The position numbers were made by a program, and so were the translations under genes. Under the pieces are notes generated by a model. That model was not told the DNA's origin. It worked only from the letters and a program-made list of their open reading frames with translations, and did no database searches. From Eledone cirrhosa (Eukaryota), in assembly GCA_964016885.1 (NCBI GenBank), contig OZ024747.1:46438001-46502000 (forward strand): a stretch of 64,000 nucleotides of DNA. The letters are read 5' to 3'. Positions 39,743 to 56,642 of the stretch are shown here, piece by piece (the stretch's first letter is position 1; each line of letters starts with the position of its first letter).

Positions 39743-40974
39743 ACCTTTCCCGCCGTAACATTTTGCAGATGCGGTTATTTTCTTTAAAATTCGATTTCCC
39801 GTTTGTTTCCTCGTTTACAATACATTTGTCTCTCGATTTTTTTTTAAGAGTTCAATTTACTTTCGTTTTGTTATAGTTTATTTTAGTTTACTCACCGTAA
39901 TTTGTTCGATATAAATGTTCTTTATAATACAAATGGTTTCTACAAATGCGTTCATTTAATAGGCAGTGTGTTCATGTTTATTGACTTTCCACCATGCTGC
40001 ATTGTAATATATTTAGTTGGGTTAGTGGTGATTCACAACACGCATACGTATGAACATCCATAGGTAGATACTACATACATATATACATTCAAACATACAT
40101 ACAAAGAATCACACACACATACATACATACATACACACATACATACATACAAATATACATACATATAAAGAATCAAACAAACATGCGTACAAACTTATAT
40201 ACATGTATACATACATTCATACAAACATATATTTTCCTCAAGAGGTAGTGTTATTTAGACTTGATTACAAAAAAGAAAATAATACTTTCCACTAAGTGAG
40301 ATTCTATACTTCAAGCTCTTAAGAGGAAGAAATATCTTCAAAGTACTGACTCACGACGTTGAATGAAACATATCCGAACAAACAAACAATTATATCAAAA
40401 CCTCAAAAGTAAAGTAAAGCTATTTCAATGTCACAGCATTAACTATAAGTTTGGTTATCATCTGCAAGCTTGTATAGAGGTAGTAACGAAAGGATATGTA
40501 TCTTTATAGAAGGAATCTAGTCACGAGCAGTACTTCGTGTCTAGATATAACCACAACAAAGTAGGTCTCAACACCTACATTTCAACATACACAATCTCAG
40601 CTTTAAAATTTCGAAAAAGCTGCATAATTGGAAGAGACAATATGTATGTATGTTCTTCTGGTTTTATAATTTCAGAAATGTTTACCAATGGAGAGAGAGT
40701 CGGTTTCTAACATAGACACAAGACTCTCTCATTGGAATTTACACATCAACTAGGTAGATATGTATGCATGCATGCATGTGTAGATATGGATGTTATTGTA
40801 TGTGTGGATGTGAATGTTTTGAGTTGTATGTGGGCATGTGTATGTTTTGCGTTGTATGTGTACATGTGTATATGCTTTGTATCTGCACATGTGTCTATGC
40901 AGTTATTAGATGCAAACTTTTTGGAATGTTTTACATATTTTTACTGTTCCATTAATGTATGTATGTATGTATGT

Positions 40975-41170
40975 ATCGATAGTCGATCGGTTTTCATCAA
41001 GTCGGACCGAGGTCTTTCCAATTGCTAATACCATCTATCGGTCGCAACTCCAGGTAAAAGGAGCAACGTGAAATAAAATGTGTTGCCCAAGGACATAACG
41101 CGTCGCCGATCCGGGTATCGAACTCACAACCTCACGATTGCGAATCTAATTCTCTAACGACTCAGTCACG
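40975..41170 (-). mobile_element. CORE/V-like tRNA-derived SINE (same family as 20113-20340)
   Basis: Reverse-complement match including ggtcgcaactccaggta..ggagcaacgtgaaataaa..gcccaagga. Confidence 0.8.
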
Positions 41171-41181
41171 TATGTATGTAT

Positions 41182-41880
<699 letters not shown>

Positions 41881-42121
41881 TTGTATGTATGTATATATGT
41901 ATTTATGTATATATATATTATATATACATATTAAAAATTGAAAACAAATAAGTGTTAGTAGTTCATTAATCCATTGTCTTACGAACGTTTCAGGGGATAA
42001 AAGAAAATAAATATATCGATATATTAACTAATCGATAACAGTTATGCACTTCTATATTAGAATCTAAGTCCTCAATTGAGAAGAATATTAATTACTCTCT
42101 CACTCTCTCTCCCCTATATCT

Positions 42122-42184
<63 letters not shown>

Positions 42185-42529
42185 CAGAGAGAGAGAGAGA
42201 TAGAGAGAGAGGGAGAAAGAAGGGGCGAGAGAGAGTGGGAGAAAGAAAGGAGTGAGAGTAAGGCCCCTTATACACAAACCTGATAGATATACACTCGTTA
42301 TTATATACAGTCGATGCACCGCAACGGAACACTGTAACGTTCAAATACGCATGCGTAAGCTTGCTTCCCACAAACACTGCCACAACTAATGCATACACGC
42401 TTTTACGCAACCACGCATACATAGATGCTTGTCAACATCCAAATCCACCAATCATTTCCTCACGATTTGAATAATTTCAACAATTCTTCAATTTTTTTTT
42501 ATTTCTTCTTGACCTTCATCTCACACCGT

Positions 42530-42752
42530 TTCCATGGGATTTGCACATAGAAAGTTCCCCCTTCGAGGCACAAATCCGGACAAGGTTGTTTGTGGAAGAC
42601 CAGCAGTTGTCCATGCATACCAGTCTCCTCTGACCACGCCAACGATGTTGTCCAAAAGCCGATACATCTCAAGCAAACAACACAAAGCCTGGTTCGAGAA
42701 TCAAACTCACACCTCGTGATTGTAAGTCGAATGCTCTAACCATTGAGCCATG
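42530..42752 (-). mobile_element. Degenerate tRNA-derived SINE
   Basis: Minus-strand head catggctcaatggttagagcattcgac..gtgagtttgattctc (A/B boxes). Confidence 0.55.
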
Positions 42753-42762
42753 TACCTTTTAT

Positions 42763-43132
<370 letters not shown>

Positions 43133-43388
43133 ATATATATATATTCACGTACACACATATATATATACATACCTATACATACATACATACATGTATATAT
43201 ATATATGTATATATGTGTATATATATTTTTATATATATAAATGAAAGAACTCAGCAGATGTTATGGTAGTGAAATACGGTAAAAAATCGCAAAATAGGGA
43301 GCAATCTGCTTATTGCAATAAATAAGTGAACAAAAACATCAAAGACCAAAAATATAGCAACTTCAATGTCTTAGCTTGGACTATAATT

Positions 43389-43495
<107 letters not shown>

Positions 43496-46400
43496 AGGGT
43501 ATAGATCGATATTCGATGGTTTCGATCTCGTTGCTTACAGCTTTCTCAACAAATCAATTCGACACTGACACATAGATTGAATTGTTGCAAGACAACTGTA
43601 CCAGACAGGAACCTTTACTGTGTAGCAGAGAAAAATATGTGTGTGCGTATGTATGCGTGTCTGTGTGCGCGTGCGTACGCGTGTGTATCACACATATCTG
43701 TCCTATTAACATTTCATATGTTCGTATGTCAAGATTAAACATTTATACATATAATATTTTTACTTAATTTTGTAAATAAATACATAAATATTCATATAAA
43801 TAATACAATAGATAAATAAATATATGTCTAAAATATTTAGATGATTTTAGAATTGAATAAATACGGAAAAAAACATCATGCTGATTAACTGACGGAGATT
43901 TGTTTATCAACTTCTCTTCTTTGCTTTCGTTTGTAAACAGCATTATTTTTACTTGTAGGCGTATGATACATGAGAGTTGATTGACATAACACCAGCAAGC
44001 AGTTTCTATTTTTGTTGATTCTGTTGACGTTTTTTAGCCCTCGGTCAGAAGTGAATGAACTAAGTTGTGATCGAAACATTCCAGCCGTAAGCACAATGTT
44101 CTTTTATCTTTCAAACATAGAATATATTTTACAATATGTATTTCTTAATGTTTTGTAAAATGGTAGGGGTGTAGTTCGAAGGAGCTTTCACTGTGTTTGC
44201 AAGCTGGTTGATTGCCTCCTTAGAGAATTACTCTTTAGCTCGTATGAGTGCATTTTTGTCTTTAATTTGTAAACAACGGCATTATTTACTCTTGTAGAAT
44301 ATTATAATACATAAACAGTGATTGTCGTAAACACACGCGGAGGCTGTCTTCAGGCTGTTCATGTAGCATATGGAAAATAAATTGTAGCTACAGAAGCCTC
44401 AGGAATTATTTGAGTCAAAATGTAGTTGATTTTTTCTATTTTCCAAAATAATTGCTGTTGTTAAATTCAATAGTATTGCGAGAGCTTTAGCTACGCGATA
44501 GCTTTGCATATACTGACTAGTTTCGTTAGTTTTGCTATGATCCACAACTTTCTATAAAATATTGTGAAATTGATTTGTTGCTACATTAAACATATAAATG
44601 AATTTCTTCATAATCCTGGTAAGTTTTTTTTCTTTCGAACTTCAGCAGGTTTCAGGTGAAATTTCATAAGATCAAAGGAATGTAAAGATAGGTTTCAGCC
44701 GTGTTGACTTTTAACATTTGACACGGCGAGTGAAGCACCAGCATTTTGGCATGGCTGGTTTGGCAGCAACACATTTGGTGGTAGAATAAAACATGTTCGA
44801 TTAATTTGTTATTATTAAAAAGTAGAAATGTAAACAGATACTGTATGAATCAAATTATGTTGGTATATATGGAAAATTTAAATCTATATAAATGAAATTT
44901 GGTACAAAAAACAACAATCCGTGGTTCAGCTCTTAAATGAAAAAATATGTAGAATAAGAAGCAAATATTTTACATGAAATTTGCCTTATCTCTAACAAAT
45001 CCATTGCTAAAACATACATGGTTTGAATTGAAGTCTTAGTGTCTAGAAACACAATGCTAGATAGAAGATAGAAACTCATTGCTCATTTGCCTAATAATCT
45101 ATATAAACAGCTATAAGCAGAATGTATATCATTACCACATCTACCATAGTTAATAATTTTGTGTTTACTTTCAAACTGAAGAGCTAAAAAAAATTAGTGC
45201 CATGGGGTTGTCACTTTCAGTATTGTCTAAGCAAAATGAAGGACCCCGGACCTAAAAAATATGAGGTAATTACTTCCATTTTTAACCGCAGTAAGACACC
45301 CAACACAACGCTTATTTGATTACTGAAATACAATGGTTGTTTGGCCATCTACACGTTTTTCGTTAGAAGATTACACATAGAATCCTCTACTTTTCTATTT
45401 TGGCGAATTAGGTCCAGTCAATCCAAGTATTTGAGCTTGATGAAACACATTCCAAGCCTCAAATCTGCAGGCCAATATGAATTGGGTTTGGTATAATAGC
45501 CGCCAACGCTTTGCGTTTACAGCTATTATATCAGTTGCTGGTGTTTTAATTTAAGGAACGTAAACAGTTTGATTCTTGTCAATAAATAACATTCTATTCT
45601 GGATTCAATTCTCATGGTATTTGGTTTAGTGTATCAGGTCTTTTGTGGAGATGTAGTAAATACAAGAATAATGTGGACTATATAAATTGATTAGCTTGTC
45701 GGTACATTTCAGTAAAATGATGGCAGAATCTTCCAATAATTTTTTGCCGCATTTTGCTGTGGCGACAATAATAAAAGGAAGTTTTCGAGGAAATATATAA
45801 CAGAAGAAAATAATGATTACAGTGTTTTGACATCTAATTTCGCTCACGTCACTAACGTCCTTGGGATATGTATTACTGTCATACTTGCGATTCATGCATC
45901 TCATGAAACAAATACAGCTAATAAAATCCTCGATAGATACAGCTCATTAAGTCTAGACTTGGTGATTATACACGGTCTGTATTTACTAAATATTTGTTTA
46001 TATTTATGGTGGTACCATAGACTTGAATAAGGAATAACTGTCATTCGGAGTGAAGCATTTATTTTGATGTTAATGACACTATGCTTTAATGTTATCATTA
46101 AAATATCTGTGCTTGATCGAATGTGAACAGTTGTTGTTTAACAAAAGAGTTAAACATTTAAAGAACTTCCTCCTCGTAGGTATTTCAATAAATTCTTCTT
46201 CATTCCATACAACGTTTCCAAGAATATCCTATTTAGCACCATAACATCAATATTACATTACATTACTCTGATAGTTCATCATTTCTAAAATAATTTCTAT
46301 CCTTATGAATCCTTGGCCAAAATGTCTTTAGATAAAAAAGACAAAGAAATAATCTTAATCTAATTTAGTCATGCTTCACGATTCTTATTGGGAATCAGCT

Positions 46401-46612
46401 TATCACGGGAAACAACGAATGAACAAGCCTTAAGATTCATATCTCAGCAAGGGTTTACTTTATTTTAAAAAAACTGTTGCATTAAATGTTAAGAGATAAA
46501 ACTCCACGAATATGATCTCGAAGACATAATACAAGAGTCTGTATAACAATGTCACGAAGAAATAAATAACATTAAAGTTTGTAGGAAATGTGAGTTATTA
46601 TTACATTCTTTC

Positions 46613-46702
<90 letters not shown>

Positions 46703-46707
<5 letters not shown>

Positions 46708-47002
46708 AAAGGATAACAAGGACGATAGGTTACTCCTTCATTACATTTATTGGTAAGTGACGCACGTTTCGCCACTGATCAGTCCAAGGTTCGATCTGTA
46801 TCGATCTTACCCGACTCTAACCTTGAGCTGATCAGTGGCGAAACGTGCGTCACCTACCAATAAATGTAATGAAGGAGTAACCAATCGTCCTTGTTATCCT
46901 TTCAATATATTACACTCTGTATAGCTCTACACCTCAACACAGAAGTCAACCTAAACATCGAGTACTCACGCGGGTGAACCTGCAGTAACTCCAAGTTACA
47001 AT

Positions 47003-47005
<3 letters not shown>
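46703..47005. mobile_element. PLE pLTR mini hairpin: arms ~46703-46788 / ~46818-46909 plus ~95-bp tail; 3' half of an HHR
   Basis: ctgatcagtggc-GAAAC-gtgc-GTC-acctacc-AATAAA in both arms; (TA)n flanks. Confidence 0.75.
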
Positions 47006-47054
<49 letters not shown>

Positions 47055-47507
47055 GTCTTCATATATAGGATAGGACTCTTGCCATCCTTGCGTATATAAT
47101 TGTAAAGTTTAGAAGCTATTACCATTTAACACATTTATCATTCCTCTTTAAACAAAATATTCACTGGTACTTCTTCATATATATTCTAGGTGATGATTTT
47201 AGGAAGCATACTTCCTTCGAAATCTACCAACTAAGATTTTACTGTTCAAGGTTATGTTAGTAAATATTATATTGTAACTAAGTAACGACTGAAGGAATAA
47301 CACATTAAAAATGTAGTTCTTGATAGACAATGTCCCACAGAAACACTACAGGCTGGTCGTGAGTGGAACGACCTTGATCCTTAAATCTGATCAATTTGGG
47401 CTGAGTTAGGGCAACAATAAAATATGTGTATGTGTATGTGTATGTGTATGTGAGTGTGTGTATGTATATGCATGTATGCATATATATATATATATTATAT
47501 GTGCGTG

Positions 47508-47569
<62 letters not shown>

Positions 47570-47572
<3 letters not shown>

Positions 47573-47784
47573 CGGAGGAAATGTGGTAAGGAACCAGGTG
47601 GACCATAACGCACCAAAGTACTCAATACTTGAGGTAGTAGAGTGGGTAATAGGAACCAGTAAGACCCCGACAGCTGAGCTCAAGCCGTTTCGACGGCTAA
47701 TTCTGGACTAAAATTAAAGATTTTAGTCCAGAATTAGCCGTCGAAACGGCTTGAGCTCAGCTGTCGGGGTCTTACTGGTTCCTA
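47570..47784. mobile_element. Family A PLE mini hairpin insertion in (TA)n
   Basis: Nearly identical to 33240-33380; arms joined at ..ggactaaaattaaagattttagtcc.. Confidence 0.9.
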
Positions 47785-48035
47785 TATATATATATATATA
47801 TATATATATGCATGTATCCAACCCCCTTTCTCTCTACGTGTGTGTGTGTCACGATACTGATTTTGCTGTTCCACCGCCCTGTGATTCTACATAATAAAAA
47901 TGCAATACACTGCTCACATTGTACACTGATATATTTGATATACATATAATACAACAACTGAGGTTATATGAACACGCAAGTGTCTGCATGTTTGAGAAAT
48001 AGCTTGTGTTGTGCATGTGTGCGTATGTGTATGTG

Positions 48036-48102
<67 letters not shown>

Positions 48103-50554
48103 ACTGCAGATATGGAATACAAATATAGCATGAGATGAGAGTTATAATAAAAGAACAGCGTCCATTATTTAATACAGATTAATCAGTAGCCAGATGAGGA
48201 TGGTGAATAATTTGATGGATTCTTTGCTTGATGGGACTTTGACATAATCCAATGCTGAATAGTACAGGTCACATTAGTGAATGTGTGAATGGATTGATAG
48301 TTAGATGAATGGATTTGAAAAAAAGTATTCATTTAAGAATATTAAAAGAGATTAAGCCATTAATACCTTGGTGTTGACTGATTCAATTAATATGATTAAT
48401 GAATTAACGCGACCCCTTGCGGATGCTAAAACCTCGTATTTGCAATGCATACTTTGTATTTAAATGGAATCCTGAAAGATTTCAATGTTATTGGCTGCTA
48501 TCACTTAGGACAAAAAAATATCAATCATAAATTATGTTACAGCTCCGGTAAACAAATCGGTTTTTATCATCGGCTTAAAGCTTAAATATTTTATTAAATT
48601 GACCCCAGTATATTACTGGATGAAAGTGAGAATGAACTTTTGAAAAATCTTGACTGGATATAAATGTTTAACACAAACGAAAATAGCAAATAATCGAGAG
48701 ATATCAACAGCACCGGCTGAAATTAACGTGCAAGTGGCTGAGCATTCTAAAGATGCATATCCTTAACGTTCACGCTGTGTGGTAAAACTGGGCCACTGAA
48801 TTACATGTACAATTCATCCGACGGGCTTCCAACAGTTTCTGGCTTCTCGGTAGCCAATGACTGCGAAGTAAATTTCCTAACTATTCAGACATGTTACGTC
48901 TAGGCTAGGTGTTCGTAAAATAAGTTACATTCACGCACCATGAACAGAAGTCCATTGTTAAGCTTCATAAACGCCCTGCCTTCAATAATAAGAAGTAAAC
49001 AAAGAACATATTTCCACAATCTACCGTTTCTCGCAAAAACAATTCTTGATATAGCTTGTATATAAATGAATAAATTTACAAATAATTAAACATTAATAAT
49101 AGTTTCTAATTTCGGCACAAGGCTAGCAATTTTGAGGAAAACAAAAATGATTATATAGACCCGAGTAGTTGAATGATACTTCAATTATACGATGGGAAAG
49201 CATCAATAAGAGAAAGAATATATAATAAACTATTACTACCGTAATCCACGAGTTCAAAGACTTCAACATTAATTGCTGAACATTCCAAATTACCACAATT
49301 TATTATACGAAGATGGTTGGCTTGGTTTCGACTAGTGAGACTGTTTACATAGAAAAGTCTGACGAAACAGACGAATTCCTGAGTTTAATTGTAACTACTG
49401 CTTACTCTATATCAAATATCGGCTACATGAAAAGCGATTGGGTTTCTAACATTTGTGAGTAAATTTAATCTTGAAATTTTACGAAGATAGCATGGTTCTA
49501 AAGTAATGTTAAAACATCCGCAGCTCTAAAGGCTTTCTTTCAAAACTTTAATATACATATATATATATATACATACATATATGTGTGCGTGTGTGTGTGT
49601 GTGTGCGCATGCGTGTGCGTGTGTGTGTGTGTTCATAAAGTGTGACACGTAAACGAAGTAAATATGACAAGTGTTGACACCTTAGGGTATATTTAAAAAT
49701 AAAAAAAATGGTTTACAAGCTGTATCTCGTTTCACGAATGTCTGTCACCTATATTGCATTTTGGAAGGAATATATTTCGTAAATTAACGATGGTGTTTTG
49801 TTATTTCAAACTTTGTTCGTTCTTTCTTATTGATTTTAGTAAAACCTTTCATAGTTAGTCATCTTTCAACAATATACCTATAAATTAGTTACACAAATCC
49901 GAAACATAACTAGAAAATAAATAGAAAAATAGAAAGATGGTACGTAAAAATATAGAAAAAATGGGGGGGGGGGCAAATAAAATAATATGGTATGAAATGC
50001 ATAGAAGAAAGGTTTATGGACAAATATGGTAAAAACATTGGTCACATTTTAAAATTTACCTGAAATATTATTAACGAGATAAGAATAAATAAAGAACTTC
50101 TGTATTTGGAAGGTGGGAGTTAAATTGAAAATGACAGGAAAAGCAAATAAGGTTAGTGTCTTGAAATTATTGACTAAAGGTTTAAGAGGTTTAAGGATAT
50201 ATTTAAGAGATGATGTGAGCGGAAGACGAGACATTAAAAGATTTATATGGATGTTATGTTTGTAGTTTTTACAATGTGAACCAAGAATCTCTAAATATAT
50301 AAAAGCCAAAGTGTTGGTTGAGTGGCTGGTTGGCGAGATATCACGCATTACATTGTATAGAGAAGTGGGGAGGGTAAAAGGGAAGAAAGAAACAGAAAGA
50401 ATTTACATCGTGAGCGAAGCGAAAACTGAAGAGAGAACACACGCGTTCGCGCGCACACATATATAAATATACATCCAGAGGTATCTGTCGTCTGCTTACA
50501 ACATTTGTACAAAGTTCTGTTTTTATATCACTCTCTCCCCGTCCACGAAGGGAA

Positions 50555-50644
<90 letters not shown>

Positions 50645-50648
<4 letters not shown>

Positions 50649-50900
50649 GAAGTTCTATTTAAATTGTTGGGATACAACAAGCAAATATTTTTATAACTGA
50701 TATAAAGCACTCAACAAATTATTGGAGTAAAAATACGATATATTAACAAATGGAAACTATATTTATAAAACCATATTTATTTCATTATACATATTTCAAG
50801 GACACCAAGTCAAATTATAGTGCGCTTTCATCAGATAAAATATAATATAGATCAGTTTTATAAATAAATATTGACATACCCTTAAAGAATGCGACCATTT
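50645..50900 (-). mobile_element. Family C PLE pLTR fragment with HHR at 50778-50842 (-)
   Basis: tattttat-CTGATGA-aag-cgcac..ggtgtc-ctt-GAAA-tatgt-ATA/atgaaata. Confidence 0.78.
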
Positions 50901-50917
50901 CTGTTGGAAGCTCCCGG

Positions 50918-50949
<32 letters not shown>

Positions 50950-50986
50950 TGAGATCCGTATATGGTTGATGGCTTATGAGCAATAT

Positions 50987-51204
50987 AATGATTTCTAGTA
51001 TAGGCACAAGGCCAGTAATTTGGTGGGAGGTGAACAGTCGCTCAAATCGACCCAAGTAAGTTACTGGTGATATATTTTATCGATCCCGTAAGGATGAAAA
51101 GCAAAGTTAACCTCAGCGGGATTTGAACTCAGACCGTAAAGGACCATAACTCTATGCTGCAAAGCATGGTGTCCGACACTACCGATACTGCCAATCCACC
51201 ACCC
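50987..51204 (-). mobile_element. Meta-domain SINE
   Basis: Reverse complement of family consensus; a partial plus-strand copy lies at 51560-51645. Confidence 0.8.
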
Positions 51205-52223
51205 TATACGTGAGTAATATAATGAACCATTTAGTTACCTATATGCCTGATGAATTCATTTACTTATATTTCTCAATACATTTATACATTTTTAATTATT
51301 TTTCTACTGCTATCCAATGGGGACAACGCATACTCCAAAATGTACCTGCTATATGACGGGGAACACTCTCGTATTATATGTTATATGTGGAAGCAGATGA
51401 CAAATGATCAACTATTGCTTGGGATCAAATTTACATTTTTAGGTGCTCATCAAGACGTCTGATCTAATTTTTACCATAAAATACTTATGAAGGAAATAAT
51501 ATGATGGAAATAATAGAGTAATGAAAGAATAATGGATGGAGGAAAACGCATATATATGTTTTGCAGCATAGAGTTATGGCCCTTTACGTTCTGAGTTCAA
51601 ATCCCACAGAGGTTAACTTTGCATTTCATCCTTACGGGGACGATACTGCGATTTGTGTAAATAATAATAATATAATGTGCCCGAGGGCATTTTGGATACA
51701 TATAATGTAGATGTATACGATTAGTGATAGCAGCCACAGACAGGAGATTACTGTCCTAATGTAATGCCAGTGAGCTAAACGGTTGCCAAGAATGGCCTAC
51801 TGAAGAAATTATATTTTAATAATTATTTCAAGTCATGCAATTTATTTTGGCAATTTTCTTTCGTGTAGGCCCCTTCCTTCACTTCTCAGACCAGTCTGTC
51901 TCTTCTAGTCTTTCCTATTTCCTTCTTCAACTTACATATGTGTGTCTTCCTGGCAAACATAACGAATAGAAAAAAAAATCTACTCGTCTATACACCCACA
52001 CACATCTAAGAGCAAAACGCACACAAAGAGACATAAACAGACACGAATATATGAGATACGCTACACTACATACACACACACATGTATATATACATACATA
52101 TATATATATATACATATGTATATATATATATATATATATGCGTGTGTATGTGCGTGTGTGTGTATGTGTGTGAGTGTGTATATACTAACAGACGACGATC
52201 ACAACCACACACATAAATACATA

Positions 52224-52331
<108 letters not shown>

Positions 52332-52399
52332 GAAGTATGTATTACGTATTAAGATATATCTGCTCTTAAACTTAAATGTTCGTGATTGTGCGTGTATAC

Positions 52400-52506
<107 letters not shown>

Positions 52507-52540
52507 TGTGTGTATTTGCGCACACACAGACACACACACA

Positions 52541-52581
<41 letters not shown>

Positions 52582-53115
52582 GAGTGTCTGTCTATCTGTG
52601 TATCTGCGCACACACACACACACACACACAGACACGCATATATATATATATATGAGTGTCTGTCTATATGTGTATCTGCGCACACACACACAGACACACA
52701 CACACACACGCATATATATATATATATATATACTTATATAAACGTGTATATATTTTTGTTCCGTAGGCATATATGTATGTCCTATACAGGTTGAAGGAGG
52801 TAATAAGAGCACCTGTGGAGCGTTAATGTCTGTAGAAGATATCAATTATATAAGAAGATATGATGATATAGAATCACGCATATAGTCACTTGGGGCGTTA
52901 TAAACATAGAATTCAACAACTGAAGTTAAATTTATAGTTTCTTATAATTATCCAATTTTGCTTTATGTCCAAATACTCACATTGCTCCATCTTTATTATG
53001 TTGTAGTTGCTGTTGTTGTTGTTGTACTGGTGATGTTTTGTTGTACTGGTGATGTTATGTTCGTATATATATATATATATATGCGTTCGTACATATATAT
53101 ATATATGTATATATA

Positions 53116-53200
<85 letters not shown>

Positions 53201-53227
53201 TCACATATATATGTATGTATATATGTG

Positions 53228-53267
<40 letters not shown>

Positions 53268-53305
53268 CTCACATATATATGTATGTATATATGTGTATAT
53301 ATATG

Positions 53306-53356
<51 letters not shown>

Positions 53357-53449
53357 TCACATATATATGTATGTATATATATATATATATATATACTCAC
53401 ATATATATGTATGTATATATGTGTATATATATATATTTATTCATATATA

Positions 53450-53495
<46 letters not shown>

Positions 53496-53536
53496 TAATT
53501 AGATATATACACATATATACATACATATATACATAC

Positions 53537-53609
<73 letters not shown>

Positions 53610-54062
53610 AGTATATATATATGTATAAATATATGTGTGTGTGCGTGTGGTGTATGTAACTGTCTGTGTGAGCGTGTGTGGGCGAATACGTATATTTGTG
53701 TATGTATGTCTAAATGCATTTATGTATGTATGTATGTATGAATGTACGTATATATGAATGTATATATATGAATGTATATATATGTAATTGTATGTATGTA
53801 TCTAACTTGCCTATGTGTATTTTCTCAGTCTCAGTGCTGTTACATATGTGTGTGCTTATTTATACGTACATGTGTTTATGTACGTAACTTACATAAGTTT
53901 ATTTGCTCAGTCTCAGTACTATTACATATGACGGCAGCCAAGGTTTTCAAGAACTATCTTACAATATGTAGCTATATACAGACATACATGCGAATACACT
54001 AACGATGAATGAACATGTATGATTTTCTTTCAATTTATTGATATATCATGGTGTATATATAC

Positions 54063-54114
<52 letters not shown>

Positions 54115-54117
<3 letters not shown>

Positions 54118-54304
54118 CGAAGGAAATGTGGTAAGGAACCAGGTGGACCATAACGCACCAAAGTACTCAATACTTAGGGTAGTAGAGTGGGTAATAGGAA
54201 CAAGTAAGACCCCGACGGCTGAGCTCAAGCCGTTTCGGCGGCTAATTCTGGACTCAATTAGCCGTCGAAACGGCTTGAGCTCAGCCGTCGGGGTCTTACT
54301 TGTT

Positions 54305-54308
<4 letters not shown>
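54115..54308. mobile_element. Family A PLE mini hairpin insertion in (TA)n
   Basis: Same long and short ends as 36618 and 47570. Confidence 0.9.
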
Positions 54309-54342
<34 letters not shown>

Positions 54343-54635
54343 GAAGTTGTATTTAATTTGTTGGAAGTCTTACAAACATAAATGTTTATAACTGATTTAG
54401 AGCATTCAACAGCTGCATTTCATTCCAGTAAATTTCCAACCGATAAGGTATAATTTTCATGGGTATGTCTCTATTTATGAAACAAACTATCTATTATATC
54501 TCCACAGTTAATTCATTCGGTCCTCAATGTTTACCATTGACTGATCAACGGTCAAAAATACATATATAATATAGATATAAACACATATATATTGTCGAAC
54601 AAAGTTCTTTCGCTGCACACCTGCACCATGTGCAA

Positions 54636-54685
<50 letters not shown>

Positions 54686-55007
54686 TTCAAGAGTAACCAA
54701 TCTTAAAGAGAGAGATGGAGATAGGAGAGGAGATAGGAGAGGAGAGATTGATGAATTAGTTAGAAGCCAAAGCGTAAAGGCATGTGCTCAATGTGCAATA
54801 TGCAGTAGAAGGCAGCTAGGTGGCTGAGTTGATGCAGAAGTTAGGTGCACAGAGCTGGAAATATTCATTAGTTAAGCAAAACAAGACCACAAATTTCACA
54901 AGGAAGACATTATTAAAAGATTGTCAACATATTTTAGTGACACACCAATATATGGAACACTACATTATGTAACATTCTCTCCTTTTTTTAATTTATATTC
55001 CTTTGAA

Positions 55008-55126
55008 GTTCCGATGAGCCGGTCTGTTTTTAAATATGTTAATTATTTTCAACTGCACCAGATCAATAATGATATATAGTCATCTGATCCAGAAATATTA
55101 TATGGAGTAGCGAAACAATTGTAAAC
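55008..55126 (+). ncRNA. Degenerate hammerhead motif with ~90-nt stem II domain
   Basis: gtt-CCGATGA-gc...gc-GAAAC-aatt-GTA/aac; U4C core change suggests decay. Confidence 0.45.
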
Positions 55127-55236
55127 GGATATTATTATTATTATTCTCTAGATTCCTTACATCAAACTAAAATATGTTGACAATCTTTTAATAATGTCTT
55201 CCTTGTGAAATTTGTGGTCTTGTTTTGCTTAACTAA

Positions 55237-55276
<40 letters not shown>

Positions 55277-55290
<14 letters not shown>

Positions 55291-55480
55291 TATAACTGTT
55301 TCTACTTTAGGCACAAGGCCAGCAATTACCCAGAGTGCATTACTGGTACTTTATTTTATCGACCCCGTAAGGATGAAAAGCAAAGTCAACCTCGGCGGGA
55401 TTTGAACTCAGATCGTAAAGGGACGTAACTATGCTGGAAAGCATGGCGTCCGACCCTCTACCGATACTGCCAATCCACCA
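55277..55480 (-). mobile_element. Meta-domain SINE
   Basis: Reverse complement of family consensus. Confidence 0.85.
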
Positions 55481-55499
55481 ATAAATAATATATAAATAT

Positions 55500-55655
55500 A
55501 TAACGAAGGAGTTGTGGTAAGGAACCAGATGTACCATAACGCAGGAGAGTACTCAATACTTAGGGTAGTAGAGTGGGTAATAGGAAAATGTATTAGTCCA
55601 GAAATAGCCGTCGAAACGGCTTGAGCTCTGCTGTCGGGGTCATACATTTTCCTAT
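55500..55655. mobile_element. Family A (diverged subfamily) PLE mini inverted insertion
   Basis: taacgaaggagttgtggtaagg.. long arm; tagtccagaaatagccgtcgaaacggc..ttcctata short arm. Confidence 0.8.
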
Positions 55656-56119
55656 AAACATATATATATATATATGTTTATGTATGGGCGTGTATAAATT
55701 TGTATATATATATAATATATTCAGAAGCAAATATCAAGTGCATTTTCAAATGTTCATACCTAACCTACATACACATGCAGATATATATGTATATATGTAT
55801 ACTCATGTATATACATACCTACATACATAGAAATATAACACACACACGCACGCGCCCTCCCCCCCACCCACACACACACATACACACATACACACACACT
55901 CACTCACATATGTATTATATATAGATGAATTCCAACAGTTGTGTTGCATGGAATCTAGGAACAGGTGATATCTTGGGGTTGAGACAATTATGAATTATAG
56001 TATTGCTTAGTTGCTTCATTAATTATTAAATTATACTAATACGATATACACATGTAACATAATCAGTTGAAGTCTTAAATTAAGTCAGATTATCCACGTC
56101 TTTATTATATAGAATTAAT

Positions 56120-56642
56120 GGCGGTGGATTGGCAGTATTGGCTTTGCAGCATAGAGTTACAGCCTTTTACGTTCTGACTTCAAATTGCACCACGATTAGC
56201 TTTGCCTTTCATACTTACGGGGTCGATAGAATAAAGCACCAGTAATGCACTGGGGTCGATTTAATCGACTTTTTCCTCCCCATTAAAATTGCTAGCCTTG
56301 TGCCTAAAGTAGAAACAATTATTATATAGAAGGGCCGAGGTTGACTTTGCCTTTCATCCTTACGGGGTCGATAAAATAAAGTACCAGTAATGCACTGGGT
56401 AATTGCTGGCCTTGTGCCTAAAGTAGAAACAATTATTATATAGAAGGGCGGTGGTTTGGCAGTATCAGTAGAGTGTCAGACACCATGCTTTGCAGCATAG
56501 AGTTATGGCCCTTTATATTCTGAGTTCAAATCCTGCCGAGGTTAGCTTTGCCTTTCATCCTTATGGGGTCAATAAAATAAAGCACCAGTAATGCACTGGG
56601 GTAATTGCTGGCCTTGTGCCAAAAGTAGAAATAATTATTATA
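56120..56642 (+). mobile_element. Three head-to-tail Meta-domain SINE copies (56120-56326, 56333-56440 partial, 56446-56642)
   Basis: Each ends gtagaaa.aattatta..tatagaag. Confidence 0.85.
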
